Assembly (NCBI GenBank): GCA_021513695.1
Contig: CP084166.1
Span: forward strand, 2,368,001 to 2,432,000
DNA from: Candidatus Heimdallarchaeum aukensis
Lineage (GTDB): Archaea > Asgardarchaeota > Heimdallarchaeia > Heimdallarchaeales > Heimdallarchaeaceae
Reading direction: 5' to 3'
Length of the DNA: 64,000 nt
This document shows positions 48,984 to 58,447 of this stretch, piece by piece. Made by a program: the position numbers and the translations under genes. Position 1 is the stretch's first letter. Each line of letters begins with the position of its first letter. The notes beneath the pieces are model-generated. The model searched no databases and was not told where the DNA came from. It was given only the letters and a program-made list of their open reading frames with translations.

Positions 48984-49658
48984 TTACTGTGCTTCTTGGG
49001 GAACAGATACTTGTTTTTCTGCTTTAGATAATTGAATTGTTCCATAGATGAAACGTTGGATAACTGTTATGACACATAAACCTGTAAGAATCATGTAACC
49101 AATATAGAAGTATGTTCCGTGAGAAAAATTACCTATAGTGAAGAATGGGTTATCCTTAAAAGTTGGAATAAACAGGGAGATCACCATCAAGAAGAACAAG
49201 AATAGCAGCCTTTCACTTCTCTCCATCAAACCAACAGCCATTTTTTCTATTCCTATACTTTCACCTTTTGCACGAATATAGCTTATAAGTAAAGTAGAAG
49301 TAACCATTATTATACCTGTTACTAGATCTACATGAATGCTAAGTGCAACTCCTCCAAAAATTGCCAAGTCACTTATTCTATCTACAATGCTATCTAGAAA
49401 ACCACCTTTTCTTGTTGCGAGCCCTCTGTATCTAGCAACTCCTCCATCCAAGAAGTCCATAGCTGCACCAAACATGAGTAAAATTACAGCTGTAAGAAAA
49501 TTGTCTAAATAAATGAATACACCTGCAGCAATAGACAATAATACTCCTAAATAAGTGAAGACGTTAGGGTGGATTCCTAGTTTTCCAAAAAAAACAACAA
49601 TTGGCATTAGTATTTTAGTAACAGGTTCTCGTATTTGACTTGATACCATAATCTTCAT
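48984..49658 (-). CDS. CDP-alcohol phosphatidyltransferase (archaetidyl-inositol-phosphate/serine synthase-type)
   Basis: Exact motif D-x2-DG-x2-AR-x8-G-x3-D-x3-D in DFLDGGVARYRGLATRKGGFLDSIVDRISD. About 6 TM helices. Confidence 0.85.
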   Translation of the reverse strand: MKIMVSSQIREPVTKILMPIVVFFGKLGIHPNVFTYLGVLLSIAAGVFIYLDNFLTAVILLMFGAAMDFLDGGVARYRGLATRKGGFLDSIVDRISDLAIFGGVALSIHVDLVTGIIMVTSTLLISYIRAKGESIGIEKMAVGLMERSERLLFLFFLMVISLFIPTFKDNPFFTIGNFSHGTYFYIGYMILTGLCVITVIQRFIYGTIQLSKAEKQVSVPQEAQ

Positions 49659-49785
49659 ATTTCGTTAAGGAGAGTAGCAATTTAAACTTATCGCAACAAA
49701 ACATTATGCTTTTTTTTCTGTCTGTAATACACAATATTACATAACTACTAATATTTGCCGACAAAAATAATACTAGGGGAAAAAG

Positions 49786-50151
49786 ATGAGAGAAGAGTTA
49801 ACTGATTCAGAGATAAGTAGCTTCTTACAAAGATATGGAAAAGTTCGTTCTTTATCTTTGCCTAAGCAGAAGCTTAGTAGCAACATTTTACCTTATGAGG
49901 TAGAAAATGAAAATCAAAAATTTGCAGTTTTTGTGTATAATTGGAAAAAAAGTATAGGTACAGATGTACTTATAAGACTAGAAGACAAGGTTGCTGATTT
50001 GGGAAAGAAATATGATGGTATCATAGTTATCGGAAAAAAGTTCAGTGTAAATGCAAGAGATATTGTAGATGATATAAACAGAAGAGGAAAGAATCCTTTG
50101 ATTTTGATCCGGCGCTCTGAGATTTCTATGATCTTGGATTCAGCAAGATAA
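49786..50151 (+). CDS. Hypothetical protein (121 aa)
   Basis: ORF with a mixed alpha/beta-like composition and no motif recognised. Confidence 0.4.
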   Translation: MREELTDSEISSFLQRYGKVRSLSLPKQKLSSNILPYEVENENQKFAVFVYNWKKSIGTDVLIRLEDKVADLGKKYDGIIVIGKKFSVNARDIVDDINRRGKNPLILIRRSEISMILDSAR

Positions 50152-50186
50152 AAAATAATCTCTCTTAAAAAAGAAAGAGGAATTAT

Positions 50187-50474
50187 TTATTGTCTTTTCC
50201 TGAGCTCTAATCTCTCTTTGTCTCTTTTTTCCTCCACTTCATCTGAAGAATACTTTGTTTGTGTATATACTGATCTTTGCACAATAAGCATTATTCCTAA
50301 TCCTAATACTCCTAGTGAAATAAAGAATAGAATATCTGTTGCTGTTGCTTGAGAGATAATTAGTAAAACTACTCCCAGTGTTGCAGTAGAATAAGCCACA
50401 ATACTGTAAATCAAATTTTTTCTTTTCTTTTTTTCTTGTTCCTCTGAAATATCGTTTTTTCCTTTTGACTTCAT
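50187..50474 (-). CDS. Hypothetical small membrane protein (2 TM, K/E-rich termini)
   Basis: 95-aa ORF. The overlapping alternative-frame ORF 50239..50523 is judged spurious. Confidence 0.4.
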   Translation of the reverse strand: MKSKGKNDISEEQEKKKRKNLIYSIVAYSTATLGVVLLIISQATATDILFFISLGVLGLGIMLIVQRSVYTQTKYSSDEVEEKRDKERLELRKRQ

Positions 50475-50614
50475 TGTTTTTCAACTTTGTTCTAATTTTA
50501 AAAGTATTTCTTATTATATTCAAAAAAAATATTCGAAAAAATTCTACGTTTAAAGTGGGTATCTTCTTTCAAGAAAAATAAAATAGAAAGTTCAATAAAA
50601 AAAATGATTGACCA

Positions 50615-50995
50615 TTAAAAATCATAAACCCAATTTGTTTCGGGAATGTACAGCAAATTTAAGATAAGTGTCCATACTGCTATAGTTACAATAAAAAACT
50701 GAAAGATTGCAGAAGTATAAAATGATTTAGTTTTAAGTCCAGTATTTTTGTTTCTATAAATTAAAAACCAAACTGAAGATGTTAATAGAAATACTCCAAG
50801 TAATGTAAGTCCTGCTGGCCAGTTTCTAAAATTAGTTACACCAAAGATTATTCCTGTAACTATTCCCACTAAAACTTTTGAATAGTACATTTTATTTGTT
50901 AAAGGCATTTCTTTAATCTTTTCTAACCAGTTGACGGGATTCAAATTGTTTTTAACTTTATTCTTAATTTTGTTCATATCAATATTCAAACTCAT
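50615..50995 (-). CDS. Small 3-TM membrane protein; weak resemblance to the EMC6/Rab5ip family (speculative)
   Basis: YSKVLVGIVTGIIFGVTNF..LLGVFLLTSSVWFLIY..IAVWTLILNLLY loosely parallels the remembered human EMC6 ([35 protein letters not shown]). The start is uncertain; internal Met codons lie at nt 50977 and 50908. Confidence 0.5.
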   Translation of the reverse strand: MSLNIDMNKIKNKVKNNLNPVNWLEKIKEMPLTNKMYYSKVLVGIVTGIIFGVTNFRNWPAGLTLLGVFLLTSSVWFLIYRNKNTGLKTKSFYTSAIFQFFIVTIAVWTLILNLLYIPETNWVYDF

Positions 50996-51011
50996 TCACC
51001 CAGGTGTTAAT

Positions 51012-53027
51012 ATGAAATCATCATTAACTTCATTAGATATCAATTGTCTTGTTGAGGAACTGAGACCCGAAATTATCGGCAGTTGGCTCAATAACGTCTA
51101 TAACATTGGAGAGAAATTACTTATTTTAAAGTTTCGAAAGTCTAGCAAAATTAATTTTGAGCTTATTATTGAACTAGGAAAAAGGTTTCATATAACAAAA
51201 TATGCCCGAAGTAAACCACCTGCTCCGAACAACAAGGTAGCAATGATGCGTAAACATATAAAAGGACTTCCTGTTGATGATTTTTATCAAATTGGTTTAG
51301 ATAGAATTATAGTATTTGAGATAGCTTACAAAGATTCACATTATAAGCTAGTTATTGAGTTGTTTGGAGAGGGGAATTACATTCTAGTAGATCCTGCAAA
51401 CAGGATATTGGTTGCTCAAACATATAGAAAAATGCGAGATAGAGATATTCATCCCGGAAAAGAGTTTTTCTTACCTCCACAACAAGAAAAAGATATTCTT
51501 TCAATTAGTAAGGACGATATTCTGGAATCTCTATCAAGTAAAGAAGAAAAAATCATCCCACTTCTCAATAAACTTTTAGGGTTAGGCCCTAAATATTCAA
51601 AAAATATTCTGGATAAGGCAAAAATCAATAACAAGGTAACAACTGAGTTAACCACCAACGAAAAAGAGTCACTCATAAAAGAAATACTAGAATTAAAGAA
51701 AATAATAGAAGAAAAAAGATATTCTCCTGTTGAGTATTTTGATGGTGAAGAAGTTATTGATATATCGCCTATTCCAATAGAGAAGTATAATGATTTAGAA
51801 AAAAAAGAACTAGATTCATTTAATGATGCTCTAGATGACTTTTTCACTGAAAATGAAGAGACACCAGAGTTCGAGAAAACAGAAGGAAAAATAAAGAGTA
51901 CTCAGTCAAAACATGAAAAAATTCTCCAGAATCAAATTGAACATAAGAAAAAACTAGAATTACAAGAGGAGTTAGAAAGAAAAAAAGGTGATTTACTATA
52001 TGCTCACTTCTCATTAGTTGATGAATTGCTAAACACCATTATAAAAGCGAGGAAAAATAATGTTCCTTGGTCTGAAATAGAGAAAAAAATGGATGAAGCA
52101 AAAAAGAAGAATATTCCTGCAGCATTAATCTTACACAAGATCAACCCTAAAACAAAAGAAATATGGGTAAAATTGGAAGATTTAGAAACTGGAGAAAATG
52201 AAATAATTGTACTAGATTTCACTCTTTCTGTTGCCGATAATGCGAATAAATTTTATGAAAAAAGTAAGAAGGCAAGGAGAAAAATACCAGGGGCCATCCA
52301 AGCAATAGAACGAACAAAACAACAAATTGAGAAAATGAAAGAGAAAGGAGAGCAACTTCTTACTGAAAAAGAAACTAGAAAAATGGTTGAAAAACGTCCA
52401 AAACGATGGTTCGAAAAATTTCACTGGTTTTTATGCGATGACACTGTAATCGTTGGAGGAAAAGATGCTAAATCCAATGAAAGATTACTTAAAACTTATC
52501 TGGAAGACGATGATCTCTTTTTCCATGCAGATGTGCATGGAGCCCCTTATGTTATAGCTAAAGACGGTAGGAAAAAACTCTCTGATGAATGTGTTAAAGA
52601 AATAGCAGCTTTTGCTCTATCGTTCTCAAGTTTGTGGAAAGCAAAAAAATTAGTGGGCGATGTCTATTACGTAAATCCTGATCAAGTGAGCCTAAGTGCT
52701 CCTTCTGGACAATATCTGGCTAAAGGAAGTGTAATGATATATGGAGAAAAGAATTATGTTAAGAATGTGGAAGTCAATCATGTGTTGGGATTAATCATTC
52801 ATGAAAACTACGCTCAGGTAATTGGAGGACCTATGAGAAGTGTTGACAATAAAACTGACATGATAATAAGATTAAAACCTGGCGAAATTAGTAAAGGAAA
52901 AATAGCAAAAATAATAAAGCAAAAGTTTATTGAGATGTGTCCAGAAGAAGATAAGTACAAAGTTGAAGCTCTTGATATTAATGAAATAATGGACTTCATT
53001 CCTGGAGATTCAGAGATAATAGAATAA
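51012..53027 (+). CDS. NFACT-family ribosome-quality-control protein (NEMF/Rqc2/RqcH homologue; FbpA N-terminus + DUF814)
   Basis: N-terminus MKSSLTSLDINCLVEELRPEIIGSWLNNVY (NFACT-N). Central coiled coil. The NFACT-R/DUF814 segment carries DDLFFHADVHGAPYVIAK. The track start 50931 adds a hydrophobic extension antisense to the neighbouring gene. Confidence 0.8.
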   Translation: MKSSLTSLDINCLVEELRPEIIGSWLNNVYNIGEKLLILKFRKSSKINFELIIELGKRFHITKYARSKPPAPNNKVAMMRKHIKGLPVDDFYQIGLDRIIVFEIAYKDSHYKLVIELFGEGNYILVDPANRILVAQTYRKMRDRDIHPGKEFFLPPQQEKDILSISKDDILESLSSKEEKIIPLLNKLLGLGPKYSKNILDKAKINNKVTTELTTNEKESLIKEILELKKIIEEKRYSPVEYFDGEEVIDISPIPIEKYNDLEKKELDSFNDALDDFFTENEETPEFEKTEGKIKSTQSKHEKILQNQIEHKKKLELQEELERKKGDLLYAHFSLVDELLNTIIKARKNNVPWSEIEKKMDEAKKKNIPAALILHKINPKTKEIWVKLEDLETGENEIIVLDFTLSVADNANKFYEKSKKARRKIPGAIQAIERTKQQIEKMKEKGEQLLTEKETRKMVEKRPKRWFEKFHWFLCDDTVIVGGKDAKSNERLLKTYLEDDDLFFHADVHGAPYVIAKDGRKKLSDECVKEIAAFALSFSSLWKAKKLVGDVYYVNPDQVSLSAPSGQYLAKGSVMIYGEKNYVKNVEVNHVLGLIIHENYAQVIGGPMRSVDNKTDMIIRLKPGEISKGKIAKIIKQKFIEMCPEEDKYKVEALDINEIMDFIPGDSEIIE

Positions 53028-53257
53028 ATAATTTCTAGAATTACATAAAAAGTGTTCAGAGAATTAGATTAGAATAATAATAATAACATTTCTATCAACT
53101 TCCTTCTCTTTTTTTATAATGTTTTTTTGATTTAATTTAGATTTTATGCATTAAGTCCTAAAACAAGTACAAAATATTGCTAAATATGTTTTAACTAAAA
53201 AACAGACAATATGTTGTAGATATTACATGAGATTAAAATTATTATTCGAATAATTAG

Positions 53258-54538
53258 TTGGTGAGTCCTATCACTCAAAAGAAGAAATGCCCTGTATGTG
53301 GATATGTGACAAAAGATCATCGTTTAATGAATTGTCCTAATTGTGGAACAGAGCTTATTTTAGATGTTGTTCTTCCAAGCCTAAATGTTCAGGATTCTTT
53401 TTTTGATATACAAGGAAACGAGTTAAAAGAAACACATAATCTAGGGAACAATAGTAAAAAAATTGACCAACCAGCTTGGCAAATAATGGATCAGGAAGGT
53501 GGAGCGACACAATATCCACTATTTGTAAAAAAGGAAGTAAATCTGTATCCTGTAATTCAAATACCCAGAGTTTCATTTGATTTTTTTAAGCAATATAGAG
53601 TTATATATCTAATTCTAATTTCAATACTCTCAATGTTACAATCAGCTTCTTTTTTGTTCCTAATATCGAGTTTATATGTCATGTTAAATCGAATTAAGTC
53701 GTCTAGCGCTGTTTCTATTATTCCATTTTTACTAGTAGGATTAATCTGTTATTCACTATTTTCTTATTTACAATTTAAATTTATATTTCATATAAAGCAA
53801 AAAAACTTCCCAGAAAGAATATTAGAAAAAGATTCTTCCTTTACTAGTTTTGTTCTAATTAATGCTTTACAATTGTTATTTTCCGCTATTCTCTTAGGAG
53901 TAATTTTCTTATTAATAGCAAAATCGGGAGCAAATATTGAGAAACCAATTATTTCTCAACTTATGTTGGGATTAGGGCTTCTACTAATTGTTCCATTGTT
54001 ACTAGTCTTTAGAACAGCAAAAATTTTAAGCTTGATGAGGAAAACAGGGATCTTTCAAAACATGTACGATGCCATTCAATTTTCAAAATTTTCATTAAGA
54101 AGGGGATACGGGATTCTCTTTGTAAGTATATTATTACCTATTTTCATAGTTACTCTTGGGGTCGGATCTATAACTACATGTTTATCTTCTCTTTTCAGAA
54201 TTTCTGGTTACACAGTGTCAGTATTGCATATTGTTACTACTGTATTTTTACTTATATTGGTGTCTGGATTATTCCTTATTTCAAATAATGAAGATGTTGA
54301 TATTTTGTCCATCTATGAATCATACTTGTTTGCTTTCTCCGTTCCACCTAAAATAACTTGGTTAAATAAAGAAACCAATATCGAAAGCTCGAAAGAAGAA
54401 AAACAAGAATTTGAAGATTTATTTAATCTAGACAATGTTGACTCTTTAGTTGAAGTAAAGTACTGCCCAGTTTGTTCAAGTAAATTACCTGATGATGTTG
54501 ACTATTGTGTGAGCTGTGGTCACCCTCTAAGAGAATGA
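53258..54538 (+). CDS. Polytopic membrane protein bracketed by N- and C-terminal zinc ribbons
   Basis: Non-ATG start (TTG 53258 or GTG 53261). CPVCGY..CPNCG at the N-terminus, CPVCSS..CVSCG at the C-terminus, about 8 TM helices between. Confidence 0.55.
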   Translation: MVSPITQKKKCPVCGYVTKDHRLMNCPNCGTELILDVVLPSLNVQDSFFDIQGNELKETHNLGNNSKKIDQPAWQIMDQEGGATQYPLFVKKEVNLYPVIQIPRVSFDFFKQYRVIYLILISILSMLQSASFLFLISSLYVMLNRIKSSSAVSIIPFLLVGLICYSLFSYLQFKFIFHIKQKNFPERILEKDSSFTSFVLINALQLLFSAILLGVIFLLIAKSGANIEKPIISQLMLGLGLLLIVPLLLVFRTAKILSLMRKTGIFQNMYDAIQFSKFSLRRGYGILFVSILLPIFIVTLGVGSITTCLSSLFRISGYTVSVLHIVTTVFLLILVSGLFLISNNEDVDILSIYESYLFAFSVPPKITWLNKETNIESSKEEKQEFEDLFNLDNVDSLVEVKYCPVCSSKLPDDVDYCVSCGHPLRE

Positions 54539-54567
54539 GAAAAGGATAATAAAAGATGAATTTTCTC

Positions 54568-55305
54568 TCACTTGAATTTTTTTACGAGTTGTTTTAGAAT
54601 TGTTTGTATTGTTTCTATTTTTTCTTCTATTTTCTCCACTCTTTTAACAAGCTTATTGAATTCGTCAGCTGATACTTCTACTTCTCCAGAGACTGATTCC
54701 ATCATCGATTCTTTAATATCTATAATTCCAGGAGCAAGTTCTTTTTTCTTTGTTACTTTAACGTTATTTGCTTCGAGAAGTGTGTAAGCCAAGAAATCAA
54801 ACGTTTCTTGGATATTTTGTCCTGTTAATGCCGATGTTTCACTATAGTAGAAGTTTATTCCCGTTTCAGTCATTAGTCTCTGACAAAATTCTATAGCCAT
54901 TTTCTGTGATACTCTCCTATTTTCTGGAGGAAGATCGATCTTATTAGCTATTACAAAGTAAACTAGAATTCCAGAATTTGAACCTTCAATACTCTCTTCT
55001 AGCCATGTTCGTAGATTAGTCATTGTTTGTTGATCTTGGATATCAAATACCAACAAAGCAGCTATAGCTCCTTTATAAAAAGTTGACCTAACAGCTGAAT
55101 AGCTATCTTGTCCTGCAAGATCCCATATCTGAAAAGTGATGTCATTGTCTTCTACTTTTACTTTTTTTGAAGCAAAGTCAGCCCCAATTGTTTTAAGATA
55201 GTCTCCTGTAAATCCTTTTCCCATATATCTCTCTCTAATAGAGGTCTTTCCTACTGCTCCATCTCCAGCCAATACAATTTTAAAATTCCATTTTTTTCCT
55301 GTCAA
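54568..55305 (-). CDS. Rab/Ras-like small GTPase with coiled-coil C-terminal extension (paralogue of 8215..8949)
   Basis: TTG start preceded by GGTGA. G1 GDGAVGKT, switch I YLKTIGADF, G3 WDLAGQ, G4 ANKIDL, G5 ETSAL. No C-terminal Cys. Confidence 0.85.
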   Translation of the reverse strand: MTGKKWNFKIVLAGDGAVGKTSIRERYMGKGFTGDYLKTIGADFASKKVKVEDNDITFQIWDLAGQDSYSAVRSTFYKGAIAALLVFDIQDQQTMTNLRTWLEESIEGSNSGILVYFVIANKIDLPPENRRVSQKMAIEFCQRLMTETGINFYYSETSALTGQNIQETFDFLAYTLLEANNVKVTKKKELAPGIIDIKESMMESVSGEVEVSADEFNKLVKRVEKIEEKIETIQTILKQLVKKFK

Positions 55306-55309
55306 GATT

Positions 55310-55996
55310 TCACCCTTGTTGTTTGTATTTAGCTAATTCTTCTTCTAGCTCATCTATTCTTCTCTGAGCTTCAAGTAATCTCTTTTGGAATGTTTCTCCT
55401 ACTTCCTGCTGAGTTCTTTCAAAGTGTGCTTTTGCTTCTTCTAACTCTTTCCTCATTTTTTCTCTTTCCTCACGAGCTTTCTTTATTTCTTCACTCTCAC
55501 GAACTGTTTGAACAGCCTTTTTGAGCAATGTTTCCAAGTCATCTTTTGAAACATCAAAATTTGAGGAAGTAAGCATCTTTAGAGCGTTAAATTCATCAGC
55601 AGAGATTGTAGGTCTACTTTTCATTAGGTCTTCAACCTTCTCTTGTAGAGCTTTTTTCTCGATAAGTAGATCAGAAACCTGTGCTTTCAGTTGTCTATTT
55701 TCTTCACTTAATTGAGTAGAATTTTGTGTTTCAATATCAAGTGATCTTCTAAGATGTTCAATCTCATCAGAACTTTCTCCTAATTGCTTTATGTATCGAA
55801 CTAGCATAACTATATATTCACGCAAAAGAGGATGGATTAAATGCCAATATTGATGGATTTCTCGTTCAATATCAGATAATCTCGGATCTTTCATGTTTGG
55901 AGGGAGTTTTACAAAAACAGGGTTTTCAACATCAATTTGGGGATAATACTCTGGAATATAATTGTAGATTGTTTCTCCTTTATACTTTTTAAACAT
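55310..55996 (-). CDS. Coiled-coil protein co-transcribed with the GTPase
   Basis: 228 aa. The C-terminal two thirds are heptad-like and E/K/Q/L-rich. Its TGA stop lies inside the GGTGA preceding the GTPase TTG start, with a 4-nt spacer. Confidence 0.65.
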   Translation of the reverse strand: MFKKYKGETIYNYIPEYYPQIDVENPVFVKLPPNMKDPRLSDIEREIHQYWHLIHPLLREYIVMLVRYIKQLGESSDEIEHLRRSLDIETQNSTQLSEENRQLKAQVSDLLIEKKALQEKVEDLMKSRPTISADEFNALKMLTSSNFDVSKDDLETLLKKAVQTVRESEEIKKAREEREKMRKELEEAKAHFERTQQEVGETFQKRLLEAQRRIDELEEELAKYKQQG

Positions 55997-56160
55997 AGTT
56001 TAACCTCACTTTTTTAATCAATTATATGTATCAATTACATTTAATAAAAGTTTTATGTCAAAGGAAAAACTAATGAAAGTTAAATTGAGAATGTTTTTTA
56101 AAGTTAGTTAGTAATTCTAAGTAGGCCTAAATAATTTACAAATCTACGATTGTGAAAGAA

Positions 56161-57576
56161 ATGAGTGAAGAAAATAAAGAACAGTTTTTTGAGTTAGTGA
56201 AAGAGATAGATGAGATTGTTTTCCAACACATGAAAGATAAAGCTACATCAATAGAGTTTAAACAAGTCTTAAAAAAAGAAAAAAGTGATATTAAACCTAT
56301 TAATTCAATACTTGATGCAGAAAATGAGGAAACAGAGATATCATCAGTTATGGATAATATAGGTATTAATACAAAAAAGGCAAATATTCTTGAAGAAGAG
56401 CAGTTGTTATTAGAAGAAGCAGAGGAAAATAAAATATTTTTACAATTAAAGGACAAGTATCCTGACTATAATATCTATATAAAGCAGATATATTGTTCAA
56501 GTAGCTATCAAGAGGACAGAGTAATTCAGCTTTTACAAAAAGATCTAACCTCGCTCAAAGACATACGAATTAAGAAAAGTGAGATCAAGTTTTTTCCATT
56601 TTTATTGCATAATATTAAGTTTGTATTAGAAAAACCATTTTCTATTAGTTTTTACGATTATGAAATCCCTATCTATAGAACTTTACAAGAAGAAAAACTG
56701 CGTTTTTATCCAATAGGAGAATATCCTTTTGAAGAAAGAGAGAAAATTTTTGAAAATAAGTGGATTCCACTAATAAGTAGTTTGCAACACTCATTAATAA
56801 AATCAATTAATGATGGAAAGTTAGCTGAAAAGAGAGTAGAAAGAATAGATAAAAAAAATATTTCACCTGTTGATTTTAGTAAATTACAAGAATCAATCAG
56901 TGCTTCTATAGATAGTGCAAAGAAAGCTTTTTCAAATCCTAATAAAGAAAACACGTCTAATTTTGAAACATTTTGGCAGAATGAGAAACAGTTCAACAAT
57001 GCTATATTACAATTAAAAAAACAGTTAGTAAATATAGAGCATGAGTTAAAAGAAGAAGATGATAGGATAAAAGAAGAGTATCTAGAATTAAAGAAAAAAC
57101 AAGTAAAATTGAATAAAGAAGCAAAAATGTATAAGCAACTTGAAAATCAAGGAATAAAAATTGAACGAGAAAAAAAAGAAAAAGTTGCAAAGATGTTATC
57201 TGAATTTCAAAGCAAAAAAGAATCAGTTCAGAAAAAACTCTTTGAATTTAAGAAGAAAAAGAACTTGTTGGAGCAACTGACAGAGCTTATTAAAAATAAG
57301 AATATGACTGATTTTGAAAAGAACTTTAGAATGCTCTTCAAGAAAGATGTTGACAATGCATTAGAAGCAATTAAAACAAGCATCGAAGAGCAAGGATCTA
57401 ATATAAATTTAGTTGAAAGTAACCATCTTGAAAAAAATATTAGGTTACATGTTGTTTGGGTTCCAATATTCTTAATAACCTTCAAAGCATCACAAGAGGA
57501 ACGTAAAATAGATGGAAAAGCATTTTATTCAGATTTTGATAATAAAGTCTTCATTATTTCTCCTACCACAAGTTAG
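56161..57576 (+). CDS. Hypothetical protein with long central coiled coil
   Basis: Track ORF 56152 starts at GTG; the first ATG is at 56161 (MSEENKEQ). The K/E-rich central region is flanked by beta-like N- and C-terminal parts. The antisense ORFs are spurious. Confidence 0.55.
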   Translation: MSEENKEQFFELVKEIDEIVFQHMKDKATSIEFKQVLKKEKSDIKPINSILDAENEETEISSVMDNIGINTKKANILEEEQLLLEEAEENKIFLQLKDKYPDYNIYIKQIYCSSSYQEDRVIQLLQKDLTSLKDIRIKKSEIKFFPFLLHNIKFVLEKPFSISFYDYEIPIYRTLQEEKLRFYPIGEYPFEEREKIFENKWIPLISSLQHSLIKSINDGKLAEKRVERIDKKNISPVDFSKLQESISASIDSAKKAFSNPNKENTSNFETFWQNEKQFNNAILQLKKQLVNIEHELKEEDDRIKEEYLELKKKQVKLNKEAKMYKQLENQGIKIEREKKEKVAKMLSEFQSKKESVQKKLFEFKKKKNLLEQLTELIKNKNMTDFEKNFRMLFKKDVDNALEAIKTSIEEQGSNINLVESNHLEKNIRLHVVWVPIFLITFKASQEERKIDGKAFYSDFDNKVFIISPTTS

Positions 57577-57817
57577 ACAATAGTGACTAGATAGCTTTCT
57601 GATTCATTGATTTTTTCTGGATATGTTAGTAATAAGGCTCAAGAGACTAAAACGCAGATATTTCTGAATTCATATTTGATTAAACTTTCGTTCTATTTAT
57701 TAAAAAAATAACAAATTCTTGTGTAAATTAACCATGTGTATATATAATTCAACGTTCTTATCTGAATCTAAAAGTTTAAGAGTTTCTAAACTAGATATTT
57801 TCGTAGACAAAGTGAAA

Positions 57818-58420
57818 ATGATGAAAACGCTTTTCGATAAATCAAAATTCGATATGAAAGTAGAAGAAATTATGACAAAAGGGGTAATTTCTGTTGCCCC
57901 AAAAGCAAGTGCAGAAGTTTGTGCCAAACTAATGATCGATAATAAGATTGGCTCTGTCGTAGTAATAGACAGTAGTAAAAAAATTCTAGGTATCATTACC
58001 AAAGAAAATCTAATTAAACATGTTATAGCACAAAATGCAAGTCCAGAAGAAGTAAAAGCTTTTGAGATAATGTCTGCGCCAGTAATTACAGCTAGAGAGA
58101 CAATAACTATTTCAGAAGCTATGCGAAAAATGTTTAAAGAGAATATCCGCCACTTGGTGATTACTGATTCACAAGGATTTGTAATAGGAATATGTACAGA
58201 TACAGATCTGTTTAAAGTAGTTCCCACTTTAATTCTGATAGAAAAAGAATATTTGCAACTGATGAGAAATGAAGAGGAAGATACTAAAAATGAAGAATTA
58301 GTATCAGGATATTGTGATGACTGTGGAGAATATTCAGATTCACTAATGGAAATTGATGGCCAATTTAAGTGCCCAAGATGTGTCCCAGAAGATATAAACA
58401 TTATGCCACCTGAAATATAG
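57818..58420 (+). CDS. CBS-pair protein with C-terminal zinc ribbon
   Basis: Two CBS motifs (VEEIMTKGVISV..IGSVVVIDSSKKILGIIT; AFEIMSAPVIT..IRHLVITDSQGFVIGICT). C-terminal CDDCG..CPRC. ATG 57818 is preferred over track start 57719; a TATA-like tatatataat lies at about 57742. Confidence 0.7.
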   Translation: MMKTLFDKSKFDMKVEEIMTKGVISVAPKASAEVCAKLMIDNKIGSVVVIDSSKKILGIITKENLIKHVIAQNASPEEVKAFEIMSAPVITARETITISEAMRKMFKENIRHLVITDSQGFVIGICTDTDLFKVVPTLILIEKEYLQLMRNEEEDTKNEELVSGYCDDCGEYSDSLMEIDGQFKCPRCVPEDINIMPPEI

Positions 58421-58447
58421 TCAAAAAATATTCTCTTAAGGGTAGAA

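Noticed and set aside
50239-50523. 94-aa ORF overlapping 50187..50474 in another frame on the same strand
   Set aside because: It is K/R/N-rich low-complexity sequence. The competing frame encodes a plausible 2-TM protein, and only one can be real.
50931-51011. N-terminal 27-aa extension of the NEMF homologue in the ORF track
   Set aside because: It is a hydrophobic stretch encoded antisense to the neighbouring membrane-protein gene. NFACT-N proteins start at the MKSSLTSLD..EL pattern found at ATG 51012.
57700-58401. 233-aa ORF on the minus strand, an exact mirror of the CBS-pair gene
   Set aside because: It has S/I/F/L-rich low-complexity composition and no motifs. The plus-strand frame contains two clear CBS motifs and a zinc ribbon. 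It is therefore an antisense shadow ORF typical of AT-rich coding DNA.
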